DNA from: Felis catus
Taxonomy: Eukaryota
NCBI RefSeq assembly: GCF_018350175.1
Contig: NC_058368.1
Location: 124,188,001-124,252,000 of the forward strand
Direction of reading: 5' to 3'
DNA length: 64,000 bases
This document shows positions 1 through 12,619 of the stretch, piece after piece. A program made the position numbers and the translations under genes. The number at the start of each line of letters is the position of its first letter. The first letter of the stretch is position 1. The notes beneath the pieces are model-generated. The model made no database searches. It had not been told where the DNA came from and worked only from the letters and a program-made list of their open reading frames with translations.

Positions 1-124
1 TGAAAACCAGAAAATCTAGCCTATGCACCCTGCCCTAATTATAATTATGCTCTAGCCAAACCACCCAATATTCTCTATATATTCCTCCTGTGCAAGTTAC
101 TTGGCTTCCAATTTGATGTTAGGT

Positions 125-313
125 TTTCTTGTTTTTTTTTTTTTTTCTTTAAATGTTTTTATTTTTGAGAGAGAGTGTGTGAGCAGGGGAAGGGCACACA
201 CACACACGCACACACACACACAATCCGAAGCAGCTCCCAGCTGCCAGCACAGAGTCCTACTCTAGAAAGCTCTAGTCTGATTCCTAACCCAAATGAGCCA
301 CCCCGGAGCCCCA
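125..313 (-). mobile_element. CanSINE (degenerate)
   Basis: T-rich tail, GA-rich tract, ends GAGCCACCCCGGAGCCCC. Confidence 0.7.
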
Positions 314-539
314 TGTTAGATTAACCTATCTTAATGACTTCAGGCTTCTCAAACACATAAGCAACACTCAAAACCTATTAGTGCTTCCTTGGGTCATATC
401 AAAAAGTGAAACTAAAGTATATTTAAGTCATTCAAATGCAAACTACAGGATTCCTCTCAAATTACAGGTATCAAGGTAGAAAAGACAAGACAGAGCTAAT
501 ATCATAGATTGTCAAAATCAACTAATTATGCTAACTAAT

Positions 540-2225
540 AATTGAGTAGGAAGCCAAGAATACCTGACAGAGAAGACCCTCTTCACAATAAATAGTGCTG
601 GAATAACTGGATATTCACATACAAAAGAATGAAATTATACCCTTATCCTATACCATTCACAAAAATTAACTCAAAAAATTGAAGACTTAAATGTATGACC
701 TCAAACCATGAAACTCTAAAAAGAAAACACAAGAATGAAGCTGCTTGACATGGATCTTGGAAAAGATTTTTTTGGATACGACACTCAAAGCCCAAGGAAA
801 AATAAAAAATAGGTAGGCGGAACTACATAAACTAAAAATCTTCTGCACAGAAACCATCAACAGAGTGAAAAGACAACCTAAAGAACAGGAAAAAAATATG
901 TGGAAACCACAGATCTGATAAGGGGTTAATATTCTTAATATATAAAGAACTCATCCAACTCAACAGCAAAAAACCAAATAACCCAAATAAAAAATTGACA
1001 AAAGACCTGACTAGATTTTTCTCAAAAGATGATAAATGGAAGGGCGGCAGGTACATGAAAAGATGCTCAACATCACTTGTTATGAGAAGAATTTTAATTA
1101 AAACCATACTAAGATATCACCACATGCCTATTAGAAGGGCCATCTTCAAAAAGGTAAGAGATAATAAATGCTGGCCTGCATGTAGAGAAAAGGGAACTCA
1201 TATGCACTGTTGGTGAAACTGAAAATTGCTACAGCCACTATGAAAAACATTATGAAGGATCCTAAAAAAATTAAAAATAAAACTACCACACATGATCCAG
1301 CAATTTCACTTCTGGGAATACATCCAAATGAATAAAAACTGCTAACCTGAAAAGATATCTGCACACCCTGTTCACAGCAGCATTATTTGTAACAGCCAAA
1401 GTATGGAAACAACGTACGGGTCCATCAATGGATGAATGGATAAAGAAAGTGTGGTTTATATACACAATGGAATATTATTCAGCCATGAAAAACAAGGATC
1501 CCACTGACACATCATTTTCTTTCCTTTATTCACAATGCAACTCAAATTTTAAAGTTTTTTTCTGGATGCAATAAAAGGGAAAAATCAGCAATTTTCAAAA
1601 ACTTTTGTAACCACAAATAACATATAATTTGCATACTATCCAAGACATTTACAATCTAAATTAGATGACAAATAACAAACCCAAGCAAAAAGTATGGACA
1701 TGGACATAATAAAAGACTGGTGACTAAAAAATTAATCTTTTCCTTGTTTGCGACAACAGGGATAGACCTTGAAGGCATTATGCTAAGTGACATAAGAGAA
1801 AGAAAAATACTTATTATTTCACTTATTTGTGGAATCTGAAACAAACAACAAGATAAAACTCACCCAAAAAAGAGATCAAATCTGTGGTTACCAAAGGCGG
1901 TGGGAGGAGCGAGGGGAAACTGGAGGAAGGTAGTCAAAAGGTACAAACTTCTAGTTTTAAGATACTAAGTACTAGGGATATAATGTACAACATGACCATA
2001 GCCAGCACTACTGTATGATACACAGGGAAGATGTTGAATAAATCTTATAAGTTACCACAAGGAGAAATTTTTCTTCCTCTTTAAAAAAATTATACCAATA
2101 TGAAAAGTTGAACGTTAGATAAACCTATTGTGGTAATCATTTCACAGTACATGTAAATCAAACCACCACGCTATGCGCCTTAAACTTACACAGTGATGTA
2201 TATCAATTATTTCACAAAAGGACTG
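540..2225 (+). mobile_element. L1 3' fragment (ORF2 end plus 3' UTR), interrupted at 1495-1751
   Basis: L1 ORF2 relics (MKRCSTSL, LRYH, KCW) and 3' motifs GAATATTATTCAGCCAT, ATGCTAAGTGA. Confidence 0.88.
1495..1751 (-). pseudogene. Degenerate partial duplicate of IL6ST exon 5 and upstream intron (copy of 3753-3991)
   Basis: First 32 nt identical to 3753-3784, alignable through to TTTGC. Acceptor AG changed to AT and a 2-nt insertion in the exonic part. Confidence 0.9.
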
Positions 2226-2959
2226 GAAAAGATAAAAATGACTGTCAGAAATAGTAGACATAAATTGTCTAACTGCTTATTACTCCAGTTTAAATCAAGA
2301 TAAAAGGTGGTGTGTACCTTTAGGAAAAAAAACAAAGAGGAAAAAGAGAAAAAGAGTCAAACACTATGTGGTGGTTCCTGACTGGAGGTATACACCACCC
2401 TTACAAATTACTTTTGAAGAAAAAAAAAAGAAAGAAAAAGATACCACACACAAATCTGATTGTCTAGATGTAACAGCAATTTTTAGGATGGCACAAAGGA
2501 ACATGTTAAACAATGTGTAACTGCAACTTTAACAACTGAATTGCAAAGAAGAAGAAAGAAGAGAAAACCAGGTGGAACCTATGGTAAAGACAAACTTATA
2601 AAACGTTATTAATTTGCAATGTATAGAGATTATTTAGATTGTGATTTGAACACATGTAAAAATATATACGTATATCCATGACAGGTGATACAGTCAATGA
2701 TAATGTCATAGCATATGACAGATGGTAGCTATGCTTATGGTGAGCACCGCACAAGGTATACAGAATTTGAATCACTATATTGTACAGCTCAAACTATTTT
2801 AAAACTGTGTCAACTATACTAAAAAAATATTAAAAAGATGTATATACTTATATATCATGAGACATGATACTAACTGAAAATGCAACGATATACTGAAGTA
2901 TTTTCAATTCTATTGCAGTATAATAATGGTATGTGGTTATGGGTACTTTAAAAAAAAAA

Positions 2960-3162
2960 GTTTACTCAGTTTTGAGAGACAGAGCATGAACAGGGGAAAG
3001 GGGGAAAGGGAGAAAGGGAGAGGGAGACACAGAATTGGAAGCAGGCTCCAGGCTCTGAGCTGTCAGTGCAGAGCCCAACATGGGGCTCAAACTCATGAAC
3101 AGTGAGATCATAACCTGAGCTGAAGTGGGCTGCTTAAACTGGCTGGGCTACCCAGGTGCCCC
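2960..3162 (-). mobile_element. CanSINE
   Basis: GGCTCCAGGCTCTGAGCTGTCAG...CCCAGGTGCCCC. Confidence 0.85.
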
Positions 3163-3410
3163 GGTAGTTATGGGTCTTAAAAAAGGGTCCTTATCTTTTA
3201 GAGATATGTACTGAAATATTTATGGATGAGATGATATGATGTCTGAGATTTTAAGATAATCTGGGGTGGGATATATATAAGATTGGTCATGAGCTGATCA
3301 TTACTAAAGCTGGATGATAAACACAATGGGGATTTATTATACTATTCTTTCCACTTTTAAATGTTTCAGATGTTCTAAAATAAAAGCTTAAACAAATGTC
3401 TAAAAATCTG

Positions 3411-3602
3411 AGACACCTGGGTGGCTCAGTGGGTTAAGTGTCCGACTCTTGACTTGGGCTCAGGTGAGAAGTTCGAGTCTCACATAGGGACAATATAAAG
3501 CCTGCTTGGCTCTCCCTCTTTCTCTGCCCCTTCCCTGCTTGTGTTCTCGCTTGCTGACTCTCAAAACAAACAAACAAACAAACAAGCATTAAAATGAAAA
3601 AA
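3411..3602 (+). mobile_element. CanSINE
   Basis: CACCTGGGTGGCTCAGT...GTTCGAG, CT tract, (AAAC)n tail. Confidence 0.8.
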
Positions 3603-3705
3603 TGTTTAGAATTTTGCATTTAATATTTCTACTTGAAGAAATAAAAACTCCAGCACAAATGACTAATTTACTAAATTTAACATACAAAAAACAAGAACAA
3701 CTTGC

Positions 3706-3826
3706 CATTCAGATTTTAAAGTGAAGTTTGTTTCCAGGTATGTTTCCCTTCCAGGATCCCACTGACACATCATTTTCTTTCCTTCATTTACAATGCAACT
3801 CAAGTTTTTAGGTTTTTCTGGAGGCA
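3706..3826 (-). CDS. IL6ST: IL6ST (gp130) coding exon 5, start of D2 cytokine-binding FNIII domain
   Basis: Translates (L)PPEKPKNLSCIVNEGKKMMCQWDPGRETYLETNFTLKSE(W). Acceptor TTAG at 3827-3830. 121 nt, phase-compatible with exon 4. Donor is TG|GCAAGT. Confidence 0.96.
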
Positions 3827-4690
3827 CTAATAGGGAAAAATCAGCAAATTTCAAAAAGCTTTTTGACCACAAATAACATACAATTTATATACTACCCAAG
3901 ATATTTAAAACTTAAATGAGATGATAAATTAACAAACCTAAGCAAAAAGTATAGAAGACTGATGACTAAAAAACGAATCTTTTCTATTTGCACTCATACT
4001 TTTTAGATTAAATAATACATATTTTCTATAATAACTGTCATAACTCATATGTTTCAAATTAATTGTCTACACAAAATCAATTTTCATTTATAACTGGATA
4101 TCAATATTAACTGATTTCTCCATGAAGTTTATTTTAATAATGCTGCATATGTTATTAAAGGCAATTAAATGGAAACAAAAATAATTATATTTCTCTTCCT
4201 ATTACTTTCCATAACTCTGCTGGAGGAAAAGCAAATCCCAAAATTATGGTTTTGGGTATCCATAAATTTGATAATCCACTCTTGGGTCACACTAAGTTTA
4301 TTTACTCTGACATAGGACTTTCTCCAGTATTTCTTCACTTTCGCCAGTTAGTTGCTTTATATGTGCATCTTCTCGGCAATTAAGGGATACTGAAAGTTAC
4401 TATGACTACATTCATAAACTTCAACAATGTTTTGTGGGTCTCATGTCAAAACATTTTTTTAGAAAACTGATGGATACCTTTCATAAAAGAGAAATCTTAT
4501 GTTACTCTTCAGGCTTTTTGTATATTATTAATGCAAATATAGTTCCGCTTCAAAACTTATTTTTTTTAATTAATTATGTCCAAAAGTCACTAAGCCAACA
4601 GACTGCCACATTTCATAAAATCCAACAGACATTACAAATGTAATTCAACAGTCATAACAAAGTCTGAAATAAGGCAAAAACAAAACTTAC

Positions 4691-4996
4691 AGCCTGAAAT
4701 TATTCTGATTCCATAAACATTCTGATCAATCTGTCCAAATGTACGAATGTTGCAAGTGAGTTGAATATTTAATAAAGATATATCTGTAAATGTGACACTA
4801 GATGCTGTTCTGTTTATGATGGTATATTGTTCTTTAGGAACAGTAACATGGTTTGTTTTCCAGAAAATGTAATTAGCATTTACATGAAAATAATCCATGC
4901 ATTTTTCCTTTAGCACACAAACTGCAGTGAAATTAGAACCAAGTTGTACAACTGGAGATTCAGGTTTGATATGACCACATGGCTCTAGAAGTTCAC
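4691..4996 (-). CDS. IL6ST: IL6ST coding exon 4, Ig-like D1 domain
   Basis: Translates (G)ELLEPCGHIKPESPVVQLGSNFTAVCVLKEKCMDYFHVNANYIFWKTN...CNIRTFGQIDQNVYGIRIISG. Acceptor TTTCAG, donor GTAAGT, 306 nt, phase 1-1. Confidence 0.97.
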
Positions 4997-5122
4997 CTGA
5001 AAAGGAACAACAGAAAATATAAAAATGGACTGAATTATTCTGGTACAAAATGGTATTTTATATCAAAGCAGTCCCTCAATATTGAATAAATTATCTCTAA
5101 AGACAGGAAAAAAGGAACACAC

Positions 5123-5125
<3 letters not shown>

Positions 5126-5157
<32 letters not shown>
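5126..5157. repeat. A32 homopolymer
   Basis: 32 consecutive A. Confidence 0.95.
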
Positions 5158-5160
<3 letters not shown>

Positions 5161-5629
5161 CAGAATTCAATGACTAAATTTGTAAAGAAATACACAAATT
5201 ATAAGGCTAAAGAAAAGAAAAATGTATATAAGCTTCAGCCCTTTTGATAGTTATTCCAACTTTACTTTAGGAAACACAGACTGCCTGCAGCATGATTCAG
5301 ACTTATTCCACCACCAATCCTGTTCCTTGATTCAGACCCAAGGTCTAAATTAAACCCTCCAGAAAAAAGGCAGTGGTAGGTTCTGCTCTCCAGTCCTGAA
5401 TGGTGTTGGGCGGGTAGATGGGGGCAGGGAAGATAGTATGCATGTTCATTTAACAAAATTCAGACAACAAAGTAAACAGCAAGGGAACAAAAAAACCATG
5501 GAGACTAGAACAAGATGACCAAATATATGTTTTAGCAGTAAGTATATGGGATAAAATCCCATATTAAAAAACAAAAAAATCAGACTGCATGAAAAAATAA
5601 CTATACCACAACTATATGCTTTAACTATA

Positions 5630-6140
5630 CTCAATTCCATGCGGATGACAACTAAATCCCTATCTCCAGCTCTAACTTCCTACTGTTTTCAATAGCTTGA
5701 AATACATACCCATGTGAGATTTTCTGTAAGTACTCTAAGGTGAACATATCTAAAGATATATGTACCACAGTTCCCTTTAAACTTATTATTTCTCTATCTC
5801 TGCTCAGAGCACCATGTGCATCCAGTGATCTAGGCCAGATACCCTGCAGTCACCTTCAATGTCTCTAATTAGACATTCCTCCAACTTCCAACTTAACAAC
5901 ACTGCATTGAGTCTTGTTGGTTCCAGATTCTTAATATGTTTATCAACCACTTTCTTACCAGCCCTATTTTGTCTGCTGAAGCTCAGGCCATTACACCACG
6001 GCCTGACCTCCTTCCAGTTTATCCTGCATACTACTACCCGAGTTACTATTCAAAATGATCATGCCATTTCCCTATTTTAAATTATTTAATGGTTTCCTGC
6101 TACCATCAACATAAAATTCCCAACTACTTGGCATGATTCT
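5630..6140. mobile_element. L2 relic
   Basis: Degenerate L2-like motifs (TATCTCCAGC, ATCCTGCATACT, GATCATG). Confidence 0.5.
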
Positions 6141-7252
6141 AGCCTCACTGCCCAGAAATGTAAGGCAGCTTTCCCTAGAAAATCCCATTTGCCAATGGGT
6201 TCTTGGGTGGTTACCTATCCTAACTGAGCTTCAGTTTTTTTCACTTGGAAAATGAAGTTACTAAACAAGTGTTTCTGAGATTAAAAATTACTTATGTAAA
6301 ACATCTATCTCAATGCCTGATATTCAACAGTCCACCAATAAATGGCAGCCTATCATCATTATTATTAATCTCCAGAGACAATCAAGTCACACTGATAGGG
6401 TCTGGAAGGTTCTCTCAAAGTCATCAGGAAGAATTAAAAACAGTTTTTTTGCAGTCAAAACTGTACTCCAAAATGGAATCCTGGACTCTCATAAAGCCTA
6501 TAATGCCCAGAGTAGGAATGTGTATTTCTTTGTTTCAAAACTCATAATGTGGGATGTTTACATGACCTTGCTATTATTTATTTATGTTTACAGTAAGTCC
6601 CAGTGCATTACTCTAAACTTCCAATTGTATGGAACTTCATCTTGTGGGGTACTAACAAGTTACTCTGATAGTGGGCCAGTCCTTACAAATCCCTAGACCT
6701 CACTTTATTCCTTGGTAAAAATCACTCCTATTTTACTTTCTCTAAAGTAATTATAAGGAACAGTAAGTACACAATACACTTTACAGAACTACATGAGACA
6801 CAACTACAGGCTCAGTATTAATACTTTTTAAACACGCAAAATAAGAGAAATACCAGAAATGAACAAATGTTCCAAAGTGAAATACAGGTTCATTAAAATC
6901 ATCCTATGCTAAATTAATACCATTTTTACAGGGCTACCAGGTTAATTGAGATTAAATTGTTTAGAAAGAAAGCATTTTAATTTTTAAGCATCTGAGAAAG
7001 TTAGTTGGGGTAATTAATTACATAGACAAGATGAAGAAATGTGGATTAGAATATACTATAACATGTAATATAGCATGAACATTACAAAACTGTTATTTGG
7101 TTGTTCCTGAGTTACAAAAACAGAAATTCCATTGGTTCAAACTAAACTGAATCTTAATTGGTTGATTACTCAAATATAAAAAAATACTACAAGAAAAGTC
7201 AGCATGAGAAAGGTCTTGAGTTGAGTAGGCTCAAGTGCTTGCTCTTAGCCCT

Positions 7253-7810
7253 TGTGCCAGATTGTATTTTCCAAACATGGTCACACCTATATATTTATCC
7301 CATCCCACGTGCTCTTCTTACAATGTGACTGATACTCCTTCCACAAAGAAATGGGGTCAACTCCTGCCCTCAGATCTGTGTGGGTACTAATGGCCCTCCG
7401 ATCTGCCTCAGCTAATGGAGTGTACTATGTGACTTCCAAGGCTAGATCATTAAATGAATACAACTTTTGACTAGCTCTCTTTTTCTCTTTTAGAACATTT
7501 GTCCTTGGAACCCAGCCACATGTTGCGGGTGAGCCAAGGTCACATGGGGAGACTACATGCACTGTTCTGGCCAACAAGCCCAGCAAAGTCCTCAAACTAC
7601 AGCCAGCATCAACACCAGACATATAAATGAATGTGCCTTCACATGATTCTAGTTCCCAATCTTAGAATACTCCAACTGAGGTCCCAGATATCATACAGCA
7701 AAGATGAACAGTCCAGCTATTTTATTCATGACACACAAACCGTGAGAAATAATAATGATTGCCATTTTAAGCCTAAAGTTTTAGAGTAATTTGTGAAACA
7801 GCAATAACGT
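7253..7810 (+). mobile_element. MaLR (MLT1-type) solo LTR
   Basis: TGTG start, GACTTCCAAGGCTAGATCATTAA, GGAACCCAGCCAC, TTTTAAGCC...GTAATTTG...CAGCAATA end. Confidence 0.7.
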
Positions 7811-8289
7811 GGTCCTGTTATTCTGAACATATTTATTGATAACTTGGCAGAAAACAGAGAGACATCCACACTTATCAAATTAGCAAAGGACAAGACTATG
7901 AAGGATTGACAACACTTTGGATCATAATGTTAGGATTAAAATTATATTGAAAAAATAGACCAGTAGGCTAAAACCAAGATAATGAACTATGCCAGAGAGG
8001 AAAATACCTCCCATTCAGGCTGATATGAAATAAATACAGGGTAAGGGAGAAATGGCATAAAAGTAATTAATGTGAAAATAACTTAAGAATTTTCACTGGC
8101 TAGTAGCTTAACATGAAACTACAGTCCATCTTAGCTGGAAAAAAACTATGTTGATTGAATAAAAATGATGTTTAGATCAAAGTAAATTATAAAATTACTA
8201 TACTCAGACCAAGTCCAGTTTTGGTACATTAAATTCACTTTTTTAAGTGTATTTTATTCGAACCTCAATAATAATTATATAATTACTAT

Positions 8290-8480
8290 CCTTTTTATAA
8301 TGTTTACTATGGGCCAGGCACCGTCCAGATGCCTTCTGTATAATAATTCATTTAATCTCCATAATAACCCTAGGAGTTAGGAACCATTATTATTACCATC
8401 TCATAGATCAGGAAACTGAGGCACAGATTAAGCAACTGGCCAAAGTCCTACAGCTGGTAAGTGTGAGAGGTGGGATGGTC
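8290..8480 (-). mobile_element. MIR
   Basis: TCATTTAATCTCCATAATAACCCT...AGGAAACTGAGGCACAGA. Confidence 0.8.
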
Positions 8481-9500
8481 TAGTATTTTGAAGGTGCTAT
8501 GGGCAACCAAAGGAAGAATGAGAAGTGTAATCAGCATGTACAGGGTTAGAAGCCAAGGCTGTAAAAAATAATTAGGATAACTGCGTAAGTTCAATTTGGG
8601 GAAGAGAGGCCTCAAGAGACACATAAACACAGTTCTTCAATATGTGAAGAGTTGAACAGTGGGAAGAGAAAGTGGGAGTAGTCTAGAACTAGGGTTAATG
8701 GGAAAACATTTCAAGGAGAAAAATTTGGGCTTCAGAATAAGGAAAGATTTCTCAAATAGCAACAATTTTCAAAATAAGCTTTATGTCACTTAAAGTGTTC
8801 AAAAAGAGCTGCATTCCTAGATTTAGAAAGGGGATGATTTATAGCAGTGCTTCTCAAACTATCTGTGGTGAAAAGATCAGTATGGCTTTTTCTCCCCCCC
8901 AGTCTTTCACAATCTTTGCTCTGTACCATTTTTGATGAGACAAGTCCAGGGATCACATGCTTGGGTACCATGGCTATGTCAAATTGTTAAGAACTTCTAA
9001 CATTAATTTCCGTACTTAAGTGGACCAGTAACAACAACCAGTTCTCAGATGGGCATCACGTTGTGGTCTAGTTTGAGCAGTACTGCTCCAAGTGACCTCT
9101 TTATTCTGGTATCACAATAACACTCCTGCTCAGTGATACCTTTGGCCACTAAATGTAACAGACTTTCCCCTATGTATTAATTGAAAAAAAAAAAAAACAA
9201 AACCAAAACCCAACAAAACCAACAATATATTTTTTCCCCTCCCCACCTTAAAGTTATTGCCAGTATACAGAAACAGCATTTAGGATTACTGGGTGACTGT
9301 TTCAACTCAAATTATAATTTACCAGGAGTATTTTTACATTTCAAAATCATTTTTAACAGCATTATTCTCTCAATAATGATCCTAGAAAAAAAATAAAAAT
9401 AATTATATAATTATGAAACATAAGATTAATTATAAACTTATATAAAAATATATAAACCTAATTTGTGATGCTGGGAGGAAGGGTATTTCATGAATCTTAC

Positions 9501-9564
9501 CTACAGATTCAGTGGTGAAGAAAATAAACAACGCTTGCACTATCCAAGTTTTCAATGTCAACAT
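9501..9564 (-). CDS. IL6ST: IL6ST exon 3 coding part (start codon, signal peptide); whole exon 9501-9580
   Basis: ATG at 9564 gives MLTLKTWIVQALFIFFTTESV(G), matching the gp130 signal peptide. Donor GTAAGA at 9500, acceptor TACAG at 9581-9585. Confidence 0.96.
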
Positions 9565-9879
9565 CTTGCATTAGATATTTCTGTAAAAGACATACAATGG
9601 TATTATCTTTAATATTTTTTCTCTTACAACACATAATAACACAATTTCTGAAGCTCTTGCTTCCACTGTATAATCATCTTCTAAACGGTGATAAAATTTT
9701 ATGAGGATGCAGAAAACAAATTTAAGTCTTCAAAACATTTTTCTTTATTCCCACTGGAGTTATGGCTAATAAAATAGTGATGGAAAACAACTTACACTTT
9801 AAGATCAATTAAAAAAGCAATCCTGTTTCTTTTGATGTGTAGACTTGTACTATTAGTAAACACTATGTGAGACAATACT

Positions 9880-11640
9880 TCAGAGAGACAAATTTCTTCA
9901 TGGCAAAACCCACCAAAACCAACCTCGAAAGATATTTGCCAAAATGGAAAAAAAAAAAAAGTTTGTAATTCATACCATGACCAAAAATATCCCCTGATAT
10001 ATGAAGAATGCCTACAAATCACTAAAAAATTCCAACACCTAGAAGAAAAACAAGCAAGATGAGCTGAACAGACAATTTATAGAAAAGGAAATACAAGTAA
10101 TTTAAACATATGAAATGATACTCTCAACTTCACTCATAATGAGAGATGCAAATTAAAACTACCCCAGACAGGAATACAAGATAAAAGAGACACGCTGGAA
10201 AACAATTTGGCAGTTCTTTACCAAGTTAAAAGCACATAATAACACTGGGCATTTCCACTCCTAAGAATGTATCCAAGAGAACTAAAAACACATGTCAACA
10301 TGAAGACTTTTACTCAAATGTTCATAGCAGCTTTAGTCATAATAGTCCCCAACTAAAAAAAATGTCTATCAACTGGTGAATGGATACACAAATACCCAAA
10401 CAATTGTATATCCATACAATAGCATACCACTCAGCAATACAAGGGAATGAACTAGTGATACATGCAATAGCATGAATGAATCTCAAAACATGTGGAACGA
10501 AGGAAGCCAGACACAACAGGCTATGTACTGTATAATTCCATTTACAGGATATTCAACAAATGGCAAAATTAAGGTGACAGAAGGCAGATAAAGGGCTAAC
10601 TGGGGCTGAAGTGGGGAAGGGGAATAAATGTAAAGAGGCACAAAGGAACTTTCTGGGGTGATGGGAATGTTCTATGACCTGAGTGTGGTGGTGACAAGAC
10701 TACACATTTAATATTCAAATAGTCAATAGTCAAAATTCACTGAATTGTGTGAAAGCTCTAAGATTTTACCCTACTTGCAAGCTAACAAGTTAGCCTGCCA
10801 GTTCTATGGATACTGGCAGAAGACCTGAAACTCCTGTTGTCAGAGACAAAGGACCTGATTACTCACACCAGGAGCAGCATTTTCAGATTATCAGCATTTT
10901 CTTGCGCCAGTTGCCTGAGCCCCAATTCCGACACAGCATTGTGAAGAGAGTCAGGTAACACCTGTACACACAGTGGGTTATGTTACAGGAGAGAAGACTG
11001 AGCTTAAAAACCCAGATCTTTTCAAACGTCAGTAAGCATGCTTGCCTTTTACTCTGGAGGAAAACATTACCCCTATTTTTCAAGGTTGTAAGCAAATCTT
11101 CAAGAGACCTATGAGGAATTGTATCCTAACAAACTGTACAGTAAAAATTGATAAATTTTATTCTTTATAAATTAAAACTCAATTTAAAAAACCCAGCAAA
11201 ATCTACTTGGACAAGGTGTATACCCAAAAGACATCAGTGCCTCACTCCTCTAAAAGACACGTACAGGAATGTTCATACAAGTTTTAATCATAAATAGTGA
11301 AAAGTAGAAGCCCAAAACCAGAGAAATGGTGGAACAGAAAAATTCAAGTAACTAAATCACAGTAATGAAAAAGAATTACAGGTACTCAAAACAAAATGAC
11401 TGAATCTCACATACAATAGAGAAGAAAGCAATCAGACACAAAAAGTATACATGATTCCCTTTATACAAAGCTCAAAATCAGGCAAATGTAATATGTGGTG
11501 ATAGAGATCAGAATAGGAGTTATCTTTTTTGGGGGGGTGGACAAGAGGACAGTAGAGAGCAATCTGGGATGCTGGACATGTTCTATATTTTGGACTATGG
11601 TTATGGTCTGTGGACTTCATTGCATGTAAGTTGCACAGTA
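9880..11640 (+). mobile_element. Old L1 3' fragments, split by an ERVL-class solo LTR (~10748-11130)
   Basis: L1 motifs GGAAAACAATTTGGCAG, GTTCATAGCAGC, ATGAATCTCA. LTR begins TGTGAAAGCTCTAAGATTTTACCCTACTTGCAAGC. Confidence 0.65.
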
Positions 11641-12182
11641 AAAATAGTAAAAAAATAAAACAAGAACTACCCAATATCATTTCTAGTTTTGGTCAAAAAA
11701 TAAAAACTAAAAAATTATCAACAGTGTTATGACTGTTGAGACGTTGAGACTATGAGACTACGACATAAAGGCCGTCTCAAACACCGCACATTACAGTATA
11801 AAATGGCATAACCTTCCCAATAAACTGTACACTTAAATCTGTGAATTTTATTATTTGTAAAGTAGAACTCAGTTATAAACCAAGAAAAGAACCTATGCAC
11901 AAAAGGCATATGCTCAGTTTTGCATTATCCATCAAAATTATAACACCTATGTTTGAATCTAATGATTATATTTCTAGTATTTTATACTACAGATATGAGC
12001 AAAATGACACATATGGAAGATTATCAACTACAGCATAGTAAAAGGCTGAAGCAACCTAAATGTTCGTGAATTGGGGAGCAGTTAAATTATAGCACATCCA
12101 AATAGAGCATACATGTACCTACAAAAATGAGAAAGCTCTAGATCCACAGGTATGTAATGATATCTAAAATACTGTTAATGTA

Positions 12183-12386
12183 GGGGTGCCTGGGTGGCTC
12201 AGTCAGTTGAGCACCCGACTTCCGCTCAGGTCATGATCTCGCAGTCTGTGGGTTCGAGCCCCGCGTCGGGCTCTGTGCTGACAGCTCAGACCCTGGAGCC
12301 TGCTTGGGATTCTGTGTCTCCTTCTCTCTCTGCCCCTCCCCTGCTCATGCTCTGTCTGTCAAAAATAAACATTAAAAAATTTTTTT
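12183..12386 (+). mobile_element. CanSINE with TSD AAATACTGTTAATGTA
   Basis: Full head, CT tract, AATAAA tail. TSD at 12167-12182 and 12387-12402. Confidence 0.95.
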
Positions 12387-12619
12387 AAATACTGTTAATG
12401 TAGAGAACAGTATATTTTTGTTATTTGTGGGAAGAAACCACAAAAAGGTAAAACACACAATCATTTCCTTATATATGCACAAAACACCGCTAGAAGGATA
12501 AAAATTCAAATACTGGCTGCCACGAGGTAAGACACCTAAGTAGGAGGGAGACTCTCTACCATATACTAGTTGCACCTTCTATGTGACTTTAGTACTTAAT
12601 CAAAAAAACTAAATTAAAA

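Noticed and set aside
832..1465. Short ORFs resembling reverse-transcriptase-protein C-terminus
   Set aside because: Broken L1 ORF2 relic and its antisense frames.
12183..12270. tRNA-like A/B boxes at SINE heads
   Set aside because: They belong to tRNA-derived CanSINEs, not tRNA genes.
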